Positions 1-10,799 of a DNA stretch of 64,000 nt are shown here, one piece after another (position 1 is the stretch's first letter; each line of letters opens with the position of its first letter). A program made the position numbers and the translations under genes. The notes below the pieces were generated by a model. It was not told the origin of the DNA. It did no database searches and was given only the letters and a program-made list of their open reading frames with translations. Source of the stretch: Candidatus Krumholzibacteriia bacterium (lineage in GTDB: Bacteria > Krumholzibacteriota > Krumholzibacteriia > Krumholzibacteriales > Krumholzibacteriaceae); contig CAWIIQ010000003.1 of the NCBI GenBank assembly GCA_963836185.1, positions 288,001-352,000 of the forward strand, read 5' to 3'.

Positions 1-572
1 TCTCATCGGCAGGGTATAAATGCTACCCGGCGATGGCTGATATGAAGAGACAGAATATTCACTGCGCGCTCATCGTCCGGGTCAGCAGGAAGAAGTATCT
101 CGTCGATCCCGGGTACCTTCTCGGCGATCCGGTCGAGCTGACCGGCGAGCCCGTGATCATCCCGACCTCGTTCGGGAAGGTCGAACTGCGCCCGAGGGGG
201 GCGGCGAGCTACGACCTCTTCACGATAGCGGGCGGCGAGAAGAACTGGAGGTACAGGCTCAGGACGACACCTGTCTCGAAGGCGACCTTCTTCAGGCACT
301 GGCAGGCATCGTTCGCGCTGCCGATGATGAACTCGCTGCAGCTTACGAAGCTGACAGATGGCGGGCACCTCTATATACGCGATCACCATCTCCGGCTTCG
401 CCGCGAGGACATGAAGTTCAACGAGAATATCCGGGCGGACCTCGAGCTGCGTATCGAGGCCGAGTTCGGCATACCGGGGGATATCACAGCCGAGGCACGC
501 GGATTTATTGAAAGGATGAAGGACGGATGGCGCATCCAAAAGCAGGCAGACCGGGCGAGGGCGCGCCGGTAA
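1..572 (+). CDS. Arylamine N-acetyltransferase-like protein (5' partial)
   Basis: The frame is open from the window edge (SSAGYKCYPAMADM...). HCALIV...YLVDPGY resembles the His/Asp triad region of the NAT/transglutaminase fold; the catalytic Cys would lie upstream of the window. Confidence 0.6.
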   Translation, partial: SSAGYKCYPAMADMKRQNIHCALIVRVSRKKYLVDPGYLLGDPVELTGEPVIIPTSFGKVELRPRGAASYDLFTIAGGEKNWRYRLRTTPVSKATFFRHWQASFALPMMNSLQLTKLTDGGHLYIRDHHLRLRREDMKFNENIRADLELRIEAEFGIPGDITAEARGFIERMKDGWRIQKQADRARARR

Positions 573-1072
573 AATATTTCGCCGCGCTCCTTCTCTCCAG
601 CGGCGCCGAACCGCAGGGCGTGATCGACGGTGGATTGAGCGACATCCTCGGGGAGGCCGACTTCATCGGGCCCCCGCATCCCTTCGATATGACCGACTAT
701 TACGAGGACGAGATGGGGCCCGGCCTGAGAAGGGTGATCGTTTCGTTCAAGGATCTGGGAGAAGCGCCCGACCTTGTAACAGTAAAACTCGATGTCGACC
801 GGCTGGAGAAGAAGCTTTCGGGCGAGGCCGGCCGTACGGTCAACATAGATCCCGGATATATCGACTATTTCAAGGCGGTCCTCGCGTCGTTCAAGGAGGG
901 ACCGCAGAAGATATATCTCGGCCGCGGGGTCTACGCCGATCCGGTGCTCATGTTCGAGGACCACGAGTGGCGGACGCTCCCATGGTCGTTCCCCGACTTC
1001 AAGGAGGGGCTGTACATGGAGGAGTTCGGTTCGATACGGCGTATTTACAGGGAGCGGCGCCGCGAGGTATAA
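527..1072 (+). CDS. DUF4416 family protein
   Basis: Motifs FDMTDYYEDEMG, RTVNIDPGYI, KIYLGRGVYAD and LPWSFPDF are typical of DUF4416. Confidence 0.8.
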   Translation: MAHPKAGRPGEGAPVKYFAALLLSSGAEPQGVIDGGLSDILGEADFIGPPHPFDMTDYYEDEMGPGLRRVIVSFKDLGEAPDLVTVKLDVDRLEKKLSGEAGRTVNIDPGYIDYFKAVLASFKEGPQKIYLGRGVYADPVLMFEDHEWRTLPWSFPDFKEGLYMEEFGSIRRIYRERRREV

Positions 1073-1100
1073 TCGCTGAAACCCACACGGGAGAGCTCTT

Positions 1101-2402
1101 TTGACACGGATCACCCTGACCGGCGACCAGTACATACTCTTTCTCCTCTTTTTGAGGCTGGGCATCATGGCGAGCATCGCCGGGGTGCTCGTGACATCGA
1201 ACTACTTCAAGAGGCTGATCTTCATACAGACGAGGACGCGCAGGGAGGACTGGTGGTTCGCCCTGATATTCGGAGCGCTGATCACGGCCGGCACCGCCGT
1301 ACGACTGATGGTAGGTTACGAGGGTGTCGACATATCGATGCCGGGGGTCTTTCTCATCGGCCTCCTCTGCGGGACGGGGCCGGGAGCGATGGCGGCCCTG
1401 CTTGTGTCCGTTCCGGCCGTCCTGGCCGGGGAGTGGCTCACGCCCGTCTATCTCCTCGCATGCTCAGGCCTGGGCGGGGCGATAGGGATGATACCGGAGA
1501 GGCGCGAGGAGATATGGGGCTTCACCCCCTTCTTCTACAGGGGGCTCTCCAGGTCGTGGAAGATATTCAAGGAAGAGAAGAGGTTCGACGCGATCGCGAT
1601 GGTCTTCTTCGCCGTGCTGGCCCTCGATGTATCGAGGACCGTCGTTGCAGGTTACGTGGGCAAGAGGATCCTCTTCGCCTTCACTCCCGATCATTACTGG
1701 ATGAACCTGCTTGTATGGTTCTCCACGCTGGCGTGTGTCGGTATCCCGCTGAAGATATGGAACAACACGCGTGTCGAGATGCTCCTCGAGGAGCAGCGGG
1801 CCGCGGCGGTCCAGGCGAAGTTCGACGCCCTGAGGCGCCAGATCAATCCCCATTTTTTCTTCAATACTCTCAACGCCGCGACATCGTGCATCTGGTCCGA
1901 GCCCGACAAGACGAGATGGATCCTCGTCAAGCTTGCCGGCATCCTGCGAAAGCTTCTCCACGGAACGGAGGATTTCGTGCCGCTGAGCAGCGAGCTCGAT
2001 TTCATCGATGACTACCTCAGTCTCGAGCAGGCGAGATTCGGCGCCGAGAGGATAAGAGTCGAGAAGGAGATCGATGCGAGAGCGCTCGATGTCCCCGTTC
2101 CTTCGATGCTTCTGCAGCCGCTCGTCGAGAACGCCGTAAGGCACGGGATATCGGGGCGTGTCGAGGGAGGCACGATCCACGTCGAGGCGGAAAGCGACGG
2201 GGAGAGGATCTTGATAGTGGTCAGGGACGACGGCGAAGGATTCGCCGGTGAAGCGGGTGACGGGATAGGCCTGAAGAATGTTCGCGAGAGGCTGTCCGTG
2301 GCCTACGGGACGCAGCAGTCGATGACGATAGAATCGGTCCCCGGCGAGGGGACGGAGATAAGGATAGAGCTTCCCGTCGAAAGGGGGAGCCATGTCGAGT
2401 GA
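1101..2402 (+). CDS. LytS/YpdA-type membrane sensor histidine kinase
   Basis: Multi-TM N-terminus; H-box ALRRQINPHFFFNTLN; LLQPLVENAVRHG, DDGEG and GIGLKNVRERL. Confidence 0.93.
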   Translation: MTRITLTGDQYILFLLFLRLGIMASIAGVLVTSNYFKRLIFIQTRTRREDWWFALIFGALITAGTAVRLMVGYEGVDISMPGVFLIGLLCGTGPGAMAALLVSVPAVLAGEWLTPVYLLACSGLGGAIGMIPERREEIWGFTPFFYRGLSRSWKIFKEEKRFDAIAMVFFAVLALDVSRTVVAGYVGKRILFAFTPDHYWMNLLVWFSTLACVGIPLKIWNNTRVEMLLEEQRAAAVQAKFDALRRQINPHFFFNTLNAATSCIWSEPDKTRWILVKLAGILRKLLHGTEDFVPLSSELDFIDDYLSLEQARFGAERIRVEKEIDARALDVPVPSMLLQPLVENAVRHGISGRVEGGTIHVEAESDGERILIVVRDDGEGFAGEAGDGIGLKNVRERLSVAYGTQQSMTIESVPGEGTEIRIELPVERGSHVE

Positions 2403-3156
2403 GGCACTGAAGGTATTGATAGTCGATGACGAGAAGCCGGCGAGAAAGGATCTGGCGAGAATACTCGGCAAGATCGAGGGGTTCGAGAAGTCCGGTGAGG
2501 CGGCAGACGGCATCAAGGCGGTCGAGATGATACGTGACGGCAAGCCGGATATCGTACTGCTCGATATCCAGATGCCCGGTCTCGACGGTTTCCAGGTCCT
2601 CGGCAGGCTCGGCGAGACCGGAGACATTCCGCCTGTGATATTCGTTACGGCTTACGACCAGTACGCGATCCGGGCATTCAACGTCCACGCGGCGGACTAT
2701 ATCCTCAAGCCCGTAGACGAGGAGAGGCTGCGCGAGGCTCTCGGCAGGGCGGCGGCGCGGGTCCGCGGGGCGGAGCCGCGGCAGGATATGGACGAGCTGC
2801 TTCGATCAGTCGGCGCGCTCTCTCAGAGGGTGCCGGTAAGGAGGGGGGCCGGCGTGGTGATGGTAGATGTGCAGGAGATACTCTATGCCAGCGTCGCCGA
2901 TGGAGAGGTCTCGATCGTTACCGGCGATATCGATGGAAGTTCCGCGCGCCGCTCGCTCGATGAGCTGCAGGCAGAGCTTCCGGCCGGGATGTTCATGAGG
3001 ATCCACAGGGCATACCTCGCCAATGTATACAGGATCCGCGAGATAATCCCCTGGGAGAATAATTCGTTCAGGATAAGGATGGGAAGCGATGACGGGCCGG
3101 TCATACCTGTCAGCCGCGCTAACGCCCGTGAGCTTAAACGGCGGCTCCACCTCTGA
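2392..3156 (+). CDS. LytTR family response regulator
   Basis: Receiver motifs LIVDDE, LLDIQMP, FVTAYD and KP; LytTR motif FMRIHRAYLAN...IPVSR. Overlaps the kinase stop. Confidence 0.95.
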   Translation: MSSEALKVLIVDDEKPARKDLARILGKIEGFEKSGEAADGIKAVEMIRDGKPDIVLLDIQMPGLDGFQVLGRLGETGDIPPVIFVTAYDQYAIRAFNVHAADYILKPVDEERLREALGRAAARVRGAEPRQDMDELLRSVGALSQRVPVRRGAGVVMVDVQEILYASVADGEVSIVTGDIDGSSARRSLDELQAELPAGMFMRIHRAYLANVYRIREIIPWENNSFRIRMGSDDGPVIPVSRANARELKRRLHL

Positions 3157-3194
3157 GGTGTCCGCGGGGCCAGCAACTTAGAAAGGGGTCGGTG

Positions 3195-3632
3195 ATGAAG
3201 AAGGTCGGGATCATCATCTGCGATCGTTACCACACATGCGCCGGAGGAAAATGCTTTCGGTCACTTCGCGAGCGTGAGGGCGGATTCGCCCGGTACGCCG
3301 ATGAAGAGGTCGAGCTTGTCGGGTTTACCACTTGCGGCGGGTGCCCCGGCGGCAACGTCGAGTACGCCCCGGAGGAGATGAAGAAGAACGGCGCCGATGT
3401 GGTGCATCTGGCCACCGGCCTGGTCGTGGGATATCCGCCCTGTCCCCGCCTCGATTATTTCAGGGAGTTCATTCCGCGCAAGTTCGGGATGGAAGTGGTG
3501 GTCGGCACACATCCGATCCCCGAGAAATACAATCTAATCCACGAGGACTTCGGGACCTGGCCGATGATGGCCGCGAAGAAGGATCTAGAGGATCTTCTAG
3601 CCGACAGGGAGACGCGCCTGGCATACGACTGA
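3195..3632 (+). CDS. CGGC domain protein (putative metal/Fe-S binding)
   Basis: CDRYHTCAGGKC, TCGGCPG, PPCP and VVVGTH motifs. Confidence 0.88.
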   Translation: MKKVGIIICDRYHTCAGGKCFRSLREREGGFARYADEEVELVGFTTCGGCPGGNVEYAPEEMKKNGADVVHLATGLVVGYPPCPRLDYFREFIPRKFGMEVVVGTHPIPEKYNLIHEDFGTWPMMAAKKDLEDLLADRETRLAYD

Positions 3633-3644
3633 GGATGGTGCCGG

Positions 3645-4409
3645 TCAGAAACGATACACTCCTGAAACTACCGCGTAGTGCAGCCAGGCGAAGTTGTAGA
3701 CCGACTCGACATCCGCACCGCCCTCAACCATCCGGTAGCCTCCGGTGATTCCCCAGTGATCGTTGAAGTTGTAACCCAGTTTCAGTGCTATGTCGAATGC
3801 TCTGCCGGGCCCGCCTGCAAGTCCGTCGAAGTCGAACAGCAGGTGCCACCGTTCGACAAAGTTCCAGTCGGCGGCAAGATAAAGCAGGGGCACAAAGCCG
3901 ACATCGGTTTCCTTGCTCGTTGTGTCGCCCTGGCTGAGTTCTATCTTCGCGTCGCGGATCTTTGCCGTGAACCCGACCCAGAGGCTCAGCTTCTCGCGGT
4001 CCAGGAACCTGTAATGGTATGTGAGCCGCCATGAATTGAACTGGTAGGTCGCTTCTACCGGTTCCCCAGGCTGATACGTCTCGCCGGCGAAGTTTACCGG
4101 TTCAGATATATTCCCCGTCTCCGTGATAGAGAGAGGAGCGAGCAGCGCCCGGAGGCCGTGTCTGTCGTTGATGTTCCATGTCAGGTAGAGGCGGCCAGCA
4201 GGCCACGGTCCCTTACCGGTAACGTCGATGATGGAAAATCTCGTCCCAGTCTCGTCGTTCGGGATCTGGACATCGTTGCGGCTCTGCCATACGGCACCGC
4301 CCTCGAGTTCTATTACAAATCGGGCAGTATCATTAGCAAAAGCTTCGGATGTGACATTGAAAAGAAACAGGGCAGGAAGGACAGCGAGAAGCATATGTAT
4401 CGTTTTCAT
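3645..4409 (-). CDS. Outer-membrane beta-barrel protein
   Basis: Signal peptide, alternating aromatic strands and a C-terminal ...GVYRF beta-signal. Confidence 0.7.
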   Translation of the reverse strand: MKTIHMLLAVLPALFLFNVTSEAFANDTARFVIELEGGAVWQSRNDVQIPNDETGTRFSIIDVTGKGPWPAGRLYLTWNINDRHGLRALLAPLSITETGNISEPVNFAGETYQPGEPVEATYQFNSWRLTYHYRFLDREKLSLWVGFTAKIRDAKIELSQGDTTSKETDVGFVPLLYLAADWNFVERWHLLFDFDGLAGGPGRAFDIALKLGYNFNDHWGITGGYRMVEGGADVESVYNFAWLHYAVVSGVYRF

Positions 4410-4447
4410 TCTGATCGACTCCAGGTAAGAGCAACGGACGTGTATTC

Positions 4448-4464
4448 ATGCATTTCAAATGCAT
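4448..4464. promoter_or_regulatory. Perfect palindrome ATGCATTT-C-AAATGCAT, candidate operator
   Basis: 8-1-8 inverted repeat about 40 bp upstream of the minus-strand OMP start. Confidence 0.45.
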
Positions 4465-4522
4465 TATTGCACAGCGGGCAGGCAGGGACAATGGCTATGG
4501 GTGAAATGGGCGTGATAAAAAA

Positions 4523-4559
4523 TGAAGCGGGGGCGGGATCTCTCCCGTCCCCCGCTTTC
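4523..4559 (-). terminator. Intrinsic terminator hairpin
   Basis: GC-rich stem (aagcgggggcggga/tcccgtcccccgctt) followed by a T-rich tract on the minus strand, downstream of 4589..5065. Confidence 0.65.
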
Positions 4560-4588
4560 GTCGCAGGCTGGTCGGCCTTCCGGGTACA

Positions 4589-5065
4589 TTATCGTCTTCT
4601 GTATTCTCTTCCATCGTAATACGTGACATGCTGCTTTTGCTTTCCGCGGCGCTTCGCGTGCCTGCGCTCCTGGTGCAGGAACCTGTTCCAGCTCTTCTGG
4701 TTGAACGCGGCGCGGACTACCGTACGCGGTACATGGATCATGCGTCCGATCTCGAACCACTGGAAGCCGCGGCGCCTGAGCCTTACGAGCTCACGGGCCG
4801 GCACGCCGCTGAAGTACGCGAGGCGCCGGGCGATCCTCTTGTCACGATTGTTTATCTCATAGCGCATCTGCCTTCGGGCAGGCACGCGCCTGTCATAATA
4901 GGTCCCGTAATAACAGGAGGGGACATTGCACGCGTGGACGCTGACGCCGGGGGTATTGACGCTCGCTACTATGCGGACCTCGGCACTGGCCTGCATCGCG
5001 ATAACGGCAACTGCGGCGAACGTGACTGCGGCGATAGTCATCTGTCTCATTCGTTCCTTCTTCAT
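4589..5065 (-). CDS. Secreted Arg-rich hypothetical protein
   Basis: RBS AGGAGG, signal peptide ending ASA, and a G(F)xWxxI helical motif. Confidence 0.65.
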   Translation of the reverse strand: MKKERMRQMTIAAVTFAAVAVIAMQASAEVRIVASVNTPGVSVHACNVPSCYYGTYYDRRVPARRQMRYEINNRDKRIARRLAYFSGVPARELVRLRRRGFQWFEIGRMIHVPRTVVRAAFNQKSWNRFLHQERRHAKRRGKQKQHVTYYDGREYRRR

Positions 5066-5115
5066 GAGACACCTCCTGTTCCGGCCGCCCCTATTGGCGA
5101 CTCACTGATACGTTA

Positions 5116-5132
5116 TTGCATACGCCGTACCG
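5116..5132 (-). promoter_or_regulatory. Putative sigma-54 (-24/-12) promoter
   Basis: The minus strand reads CGGTACGGCGTATGCAA, i.e. GG-N10-GC, about 50 bp upstream of the 5065 start. Confidence 0.5.
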
Positions 5133-5340
5133 GGAACGGGAAAGTCCTGTATCTGGTTATATCAAATCAGGTTACGCAACATGCCCTGTCTTCATAAGTG
5201 GACAGGAAATGGAGCCTGAGGGGTAATCCTCGTCCATTTAAGAGGACATTCCGGGTCATTTATGTGAAACCTTTCAGCGGGTTTTCCTGTCATAATAAAT
5301 GATGTGCAGGGAATAGCCGTTCAACGACTGGAGAACATCA

Positions 5341-7211
5341 ATGAGAGCCATGCTGACCAGCCTGATCCTTCTTGTCCTTGCATTTTCCGCCGCCCGGGGT
5401 TCCGAAGAGATGGACGCCCGTCGCCGGGACGCCGGAACCTACCTGATCGAGAACTATGACAGGACCGAGCATATGATCCCGATGCGCGACGGGATCAGTC
5501 TTTACACCGAGGTCTATACCCCGAAGGATCGTTCGGCCGCCTGGCCGATCCTTCTTAACAGGACCCCATACTCCGCATTCTTCGCCGGCGAGCGGGTCGA
5601 CGGCTTCTTCTGCTGGCCGGGGCCCGGACCGGCGTTCCCCGCTGAAGGGTATATTTTCGTCATCCAGGATGTCCGTGGACGCTTTCTCAGCGAGGGTGAT
5701 TTTGTGGTGATGCGTCCCAACACGGCCGGCGAAGGGGAGACGGATGAAAGCACCGACGCCTTCGATACGATCGACTGGCTCGTGCGGAATCTCGACAACA
5801 ACAACGGGCGGGTCGGAGTATGGGGGATCTCATACGGCGGATATTACTCGGCACTCTCGCTCGTGAACGCTCACCCTGCGATAGCCGCAGTTGTGATAGA
5901 GGCGCCTGTCGCAGAGGGATTTCTCGGGGACGATTACCATCACAACGGCGCCATGCAGCTTCTCTACCCCTTCCGGTGGATCAACAACGTCGGTCTGACC
6001 GAACGTGAGGGACCGTCCGCCGACCCGGTACCGCCCGTATTCCGGGGCAGGGAGGATGAGTTCTTCACCTTCTTCCTCGAGACAGGATCGGCCGCCGATA
6101 TCGACGCGAGATGCTTTCAGGGGAAGATAGATTTCTGGAACGGGATCGTAGAGCACGGTACGTACGACGATTTCTGGAAGGCCCGCAACCTCGGACAGTA
6201 TATGAGAGATATCGACGGCCCCGCGGTCCTCGTCTCCGGGTCCTGGTTCGATGACCAGGACCTTTTCGGGACCCTCCATACATACCGCGCGATCGAGGAT
6301 CAGAACCCCGGGATAACGAATACCCTCGTGATGGGAGTATGGAACCACTCCTCATGGTGGGATCAGAAGACGAAGCCATGGGGAGGCACCGGACTTCCGG
6401 CGAAGGAGACGGGGGAGCACTATCGCGGCGAGGTGCTGGCCCCTTTCCTGAAAGCGCACCTGAAAGGGGAGGGTGAATTTCAACTGCCCGAGGCTCTCGT
6501 CATCGAGAGCGGCACGAATCGTTGGTGCGAGTACGACAGCTGGCCGCCCGCGAAAACGGAACAGGTGAGTTTCTATATAAAGGGAGACGGCACGGTTTCG
6601 ACGGAGCCTCCCGGAAAGGGCGCTGTTGGATTCTCCGAATTCGTCAGTGATCCGGCCGATCCCGTCCCGCACCTTCCGACGCCGATCCACGGCTGGACGG
6701 CGGAGGTGATGCACTTCGACCAGCGGTTCGCCACGGAGAGGGAAGACGTACTGGCATATAGCTACGCGATCCTCGATGAGGACCTGACGCTCACCGGACC
6801 GGTCGAGGTCGATCTCTACGTTTCGACGACGGGGACAGACGCCGACTGGGTGGTTAAAGTGATCGATGTCTATCCCGACGATGCGGACGATCTCGCCGGG
6901 TACCAGATGCTCGTGCGGGGCGACATCATGCGGGGCAAGTTCCGCGGCAGCTTCGAGGACCCGGAGCCTTTCGTGCCCGGAGAGGTGACCCGTGTGCAGG
7001 TTCACCCTGCCCGACGTCAATCACACATTCCGCCGGGGGCACAGGCTCATGATCCAGGTGCAGAGCAGCTGGTTCCCGATGTTCGACCGCAATCCGCAGA
7101 CATTCGTCGATATATACCGCGCGAAGGAATCGGATTATGTGAAGGCGACGCACCGGGTCTACCATTCTCCCGGCTATCCGTCACTATATAATGGCAAGGG
7201 TGCTTCCCTGA
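5341..7211 (+). CDS. CocE/NonD family (S15) hydrolase, alpha-amino acid ester hydrolase-like; frameshifts near 7000 and 7185
   Basis: Signal peptide, RTPY, QDVRGRF, nucleophile GISYGG and STTGTDADWVVKVIDV. The C-terminus FTLPDVNHTF...QSSWFP continues in a shifted frame. Confidence 0.88.
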
Positions 7212-7306
7212 TCCTCTTTGAATGTTGCGGCTCGGCGCGGCAGCAAATATACTGGCCATGACAGGCTGCTGTATATTGTCCGGCCCTTAAACAGGAATAC
7301 TGACTT

Positions 7307-10300
7307 ATGACAGCTTCTAATAATTCCGGCCCTGCCGGCGGATTTATGACGATCGAAGGCGAAAGATTTTACCGAATCGGGAATTACGACCGGATGCCCC
7401 CATTCTTCATGAGCATCGCGAGCGATACCGATCTATGGATGTTCATCTCCTCCTCGGGCGGTCTGACGGCCGGAAGGGTCGATGCCGACGGGGCCCTGTT
7501 TCCCGTACGAGACCGTTGACAAGCTGCACGTGAGCAACCACCACACGGGGCCGGTCACTCTCATCAGGAAAAAGGGGGAGTGGAGACACTGGGTGCCTTT
7601 CACCGTAAGCTCGATCGAGGATTTTGATGTAGAACGGAATCTCTACAAGAACGTGATCGGCAACAAGGTGATCTTCGAGGAGATCAATCATGTCCTGGGG
7701 CTTTCCTTCAGATACCGCTGGGCCGCCAGTGATACTTTCGGGCACGTCCGGACCTCCTGGCTCGAAAACATCGGCGATTCGATGGCCGAGCTCACCGTTC
7801 TCGACGGCCTCAGGAATGTCATTCCCTGCGGCGCGCCGCTGCTGCTGCACCAGCAGCTCAGCTCTCTCGTCGATGCCTACAAGCGGACCGACGTGGATGA
7901 GGCGTCTAAAATGGGCATCTTCTCGCTTACCTCGAAAATCATAGACAGGGCCGAGGCCGCCGAGTCGCTGAGGGCGAATGTCGTGTGGTGCGACTCTCTC
8001 GTCCCTTTCGATGTATCTCTGGCGACGGATACCGTCAAGACATTCCGGCTCGGACAGGATCCCGAGAGCGAGACACTTCTGACCGGTCAGAAGGGCAACT
8101 ATTTCGTGAAGATGCAGTTCGATCTTGATTCGGAAGCCGAGACCAAATGGCACATAGTCGCAGATTCGGGGAAGGACCATACTGACATTTCCGCTCTGAG
8201 AGACACGATCACAGGCAGCGGGAGCCTCGACGCGGATATCGAGAAGAGCATCACGGAGGCCGGAGTCGCACTCGAACGCAATGTAGGGAGCGCGGACGGG
8301 ATCCAGCTCACCGGATACGAAGAGGCCTCGGTGCACCATTTCGCCAACGTACTCTTCAATAATATGCGCGGAGGCGTATTCACGGATAACTACACAATCG
8401 AATCTTCCGACCTGGCGGACTTCATCCGCCTCCGCAACAGTGAGGTCGCTGAACGGGAGAAGGGCTTCATCTCGGATCTTCCCGAACGCCTGAACGTGAA
8501 AGAACTTCTCGAGAAGTCCGCCGGGACGGGCGATCCCGATCTCGAGCGGCTGTGCCACGAGTACCTGCCGATATTCTTCGGGCGGCGCCACGGCGATCCG
8601 AGCAGGCCGTGGAACCGTTTCTCGATACACCTGAAGGACAGTGAAGGCGGCCGCCTGCTGAGGTACGAGGGGAACTGGCGCGACATATTCCAGAACTGGG
8701 AGGCGCTCTGCATGAGCTTCCCCGGTTTTCTGCCATCGGTGACGGCCAAATTCGTCAACGCCTCTACCGTCGACGGATTTAATCCCTATCGCATCACGCG
8801 CGAGGGCATCGACTGGGAGACAGTCGATCCTGACGATCCCTGGAGCTATATAGGGTACTGGGGGGACCACCAGATCATATATCTCCTCAAGTTCCTCGAG
8901 TCCCTGACGAAGTTCTATCCCGGGGCCCTGGAGGGGATGCTCTCCAGGGAGATCTTTTCTTATGCCGATGTTCCATACAGGATAAAGCCGTACGAGGATA
9001 TCCTCGATGATCCCGACTCGACGATCGAATATGATCACCAGCGCGCCAGGCTCGTCGATGAACGTGTCGAGGCGATCGGTTCGGACGGACGCCTGCTTCA
9101 TGAACCCGGCGGATCGGTCTATCACGTAAACCTGCTCGAGAAACTTCTCGTCCCCGTCCTTTCGAAGGTTTCCAATCTCGTTCCCGACGGCGGCATCTGG
9201 ATGAACACGCAGAGACCGGAATGGAACGACGCGAATAACGCGCTCGTCGGAAACGGCATCTCGATGGTGACTCTCTCGTACCTCAGGCGGCACGTGAGCT
9301 TCCTTGCCGGCCTTCTCGACCGGGGGGGAGACACAGGGATGCCGGTCTCGGACGAAGTCGCGGACTGGCTCTCCGTCGTGGATTCGGTCCTCGGATCGGC
9401 GCGCGGGCTTCTCGGCGACAGCGCCATTGACGATTCCGACAGAAAGAGAGTGCTCGATATGCTCGGGCGGTCTTTCTCCGAGTACCGCTCGAAGGTTTAT
9501 GCGAAGGGGTTCTCCGGGAAAAGGACGGTCAGGACGGCAAAGGTCGCTGGATTTTTCCGGACCGTCCTCGTCTGGCTCGACAACTCGATGGAGATGAACA
9601 GGCGCGAAGATGGCCTTTACCACGCCTATAACCTCCTCGAGATATCGAGAGACGGTGAAAGCGCGGCCGTGAAGCACCTCTACGAGATGCTCGAGGGCCA
9701 GGTAGCGGCTTTGAGTTCGGGTGAGGTGGCGCCGCAGGAAGCGATCGGCCTGCTCGATGCTCTCTTCAAGAGCGATATGTACAGGGAGGACCAGCACAGT
9801 TTCATGCTCTACCCGAAGAGGGAACTGCCGGCCTTCATGGACAAGAATGTCGTTCCCGAAAAGAGTGTTCTCGCGATTCCTCTTCTGGGCAGGCTCATCG
9901 ATTCGGGGGACCGTTCCGTGATAACCCGCGACGCTGGCGGCACATACCGGTTCAACGGTGATTTCGCGAATGCTATCGACCTTGCTTCCGCCCTCTACCG
10001 CCTTGCCGAGGACGAGAGCTGGGCTTCCGAGGTGTCAGCTGATAGGCAGGCAGTCTTCGATCTCTTCGAGGAAGTCTTTGACCACAGGTCGTTTACCGGC
10101 CGCTCAGGGACGATGTACGGGTACGAAGGGCTCGGCTGTATCTACTGGCACATGGTATCGAAGCTTCTTCTCGCGCTGCAGGAAGTCACGCTCAATGCCA
10201 CCGACGAGAAGGATCTTCAGGTCCTGGCAGATTATTACTACCGTGTCAGGGCAGGGCTCAGCTTCGAAAAGACCGCCGAAGAGTACGGGGCCTTCCCGGC

Positions 10301-10736
10301 TGATCCCTACTCGCACACTCCGCCTCACGCAGGCGCTCAGCAGCCTGGTATGACCGGACAGGTAAAAGAGGAGATCATCGCGAGATTCGGCGAGCTCGGA
10401 GTCATCGTGAAGGATGGTGTCCTGAGTTTCCGGCCCGTTCTTCTGAAGAGAGATGAGTTCCTCGAGGAAGCGGGCAAGTTCCTTTATTACAGTCTCGACG
10501 GGGAGAGAAATTCGATCGATCTTCCCGCCGGCTATCTCGCGTTTACATTCTGCCAGGTCCCGATCGTCTACGAGGTGACATCGGACAAGCCATGGATCCG
10601 GATCACCTCTTTCGACGGAACCACATCATCCATCGAGGGTGACAGCCTCGACGTGGACCGGAGCAGGTCGATATTCAACAGGCTCGGGACGATAACCCGG
10701 ATCGATGCCGGAATCCCCGCAGATACCCTCAGATAA
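7307..10736 (+). CDS. GH149 beta-1,3-glucan phosphorylase (frameshift near 7495)
   Basis: PPFFMSIASDTDLWMFISSSGGLTAGR, GRRHGDPSRPWN, YEGNWRDIFQNWEAL, GYWGDHQIIYL, YEGLGCIYWHMVSK and DPYSHTP...QQPGMTGQVKE; about 1140 aa; no signal peptide. Confidence 0.85.
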
Positions 10737-10741
10737 AGCGA

Positions 10742-10773
10742 GGGCCGGACTCGGTGTTACCCGGCCCCGGCCC
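10742..10773. terminator. Hairpin between convergent genes
   Basis: gggccgg...ccggccc inverted repeat directly after the GH149 stop. Confidence 0.4.
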
Positions 10774-10799
10774 TGTCTGCAGAGAACTGCTGACGTTCG

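Noticed and set aside
7443-9797. 784 aa antisense ORF (and similar ones at 34654-36432, 14266-15537 and 1464-2627)
   Set aside because: Shadow ORFs opposite well-supported genes, expected from high-GC codon bias; no recognisable motifs.
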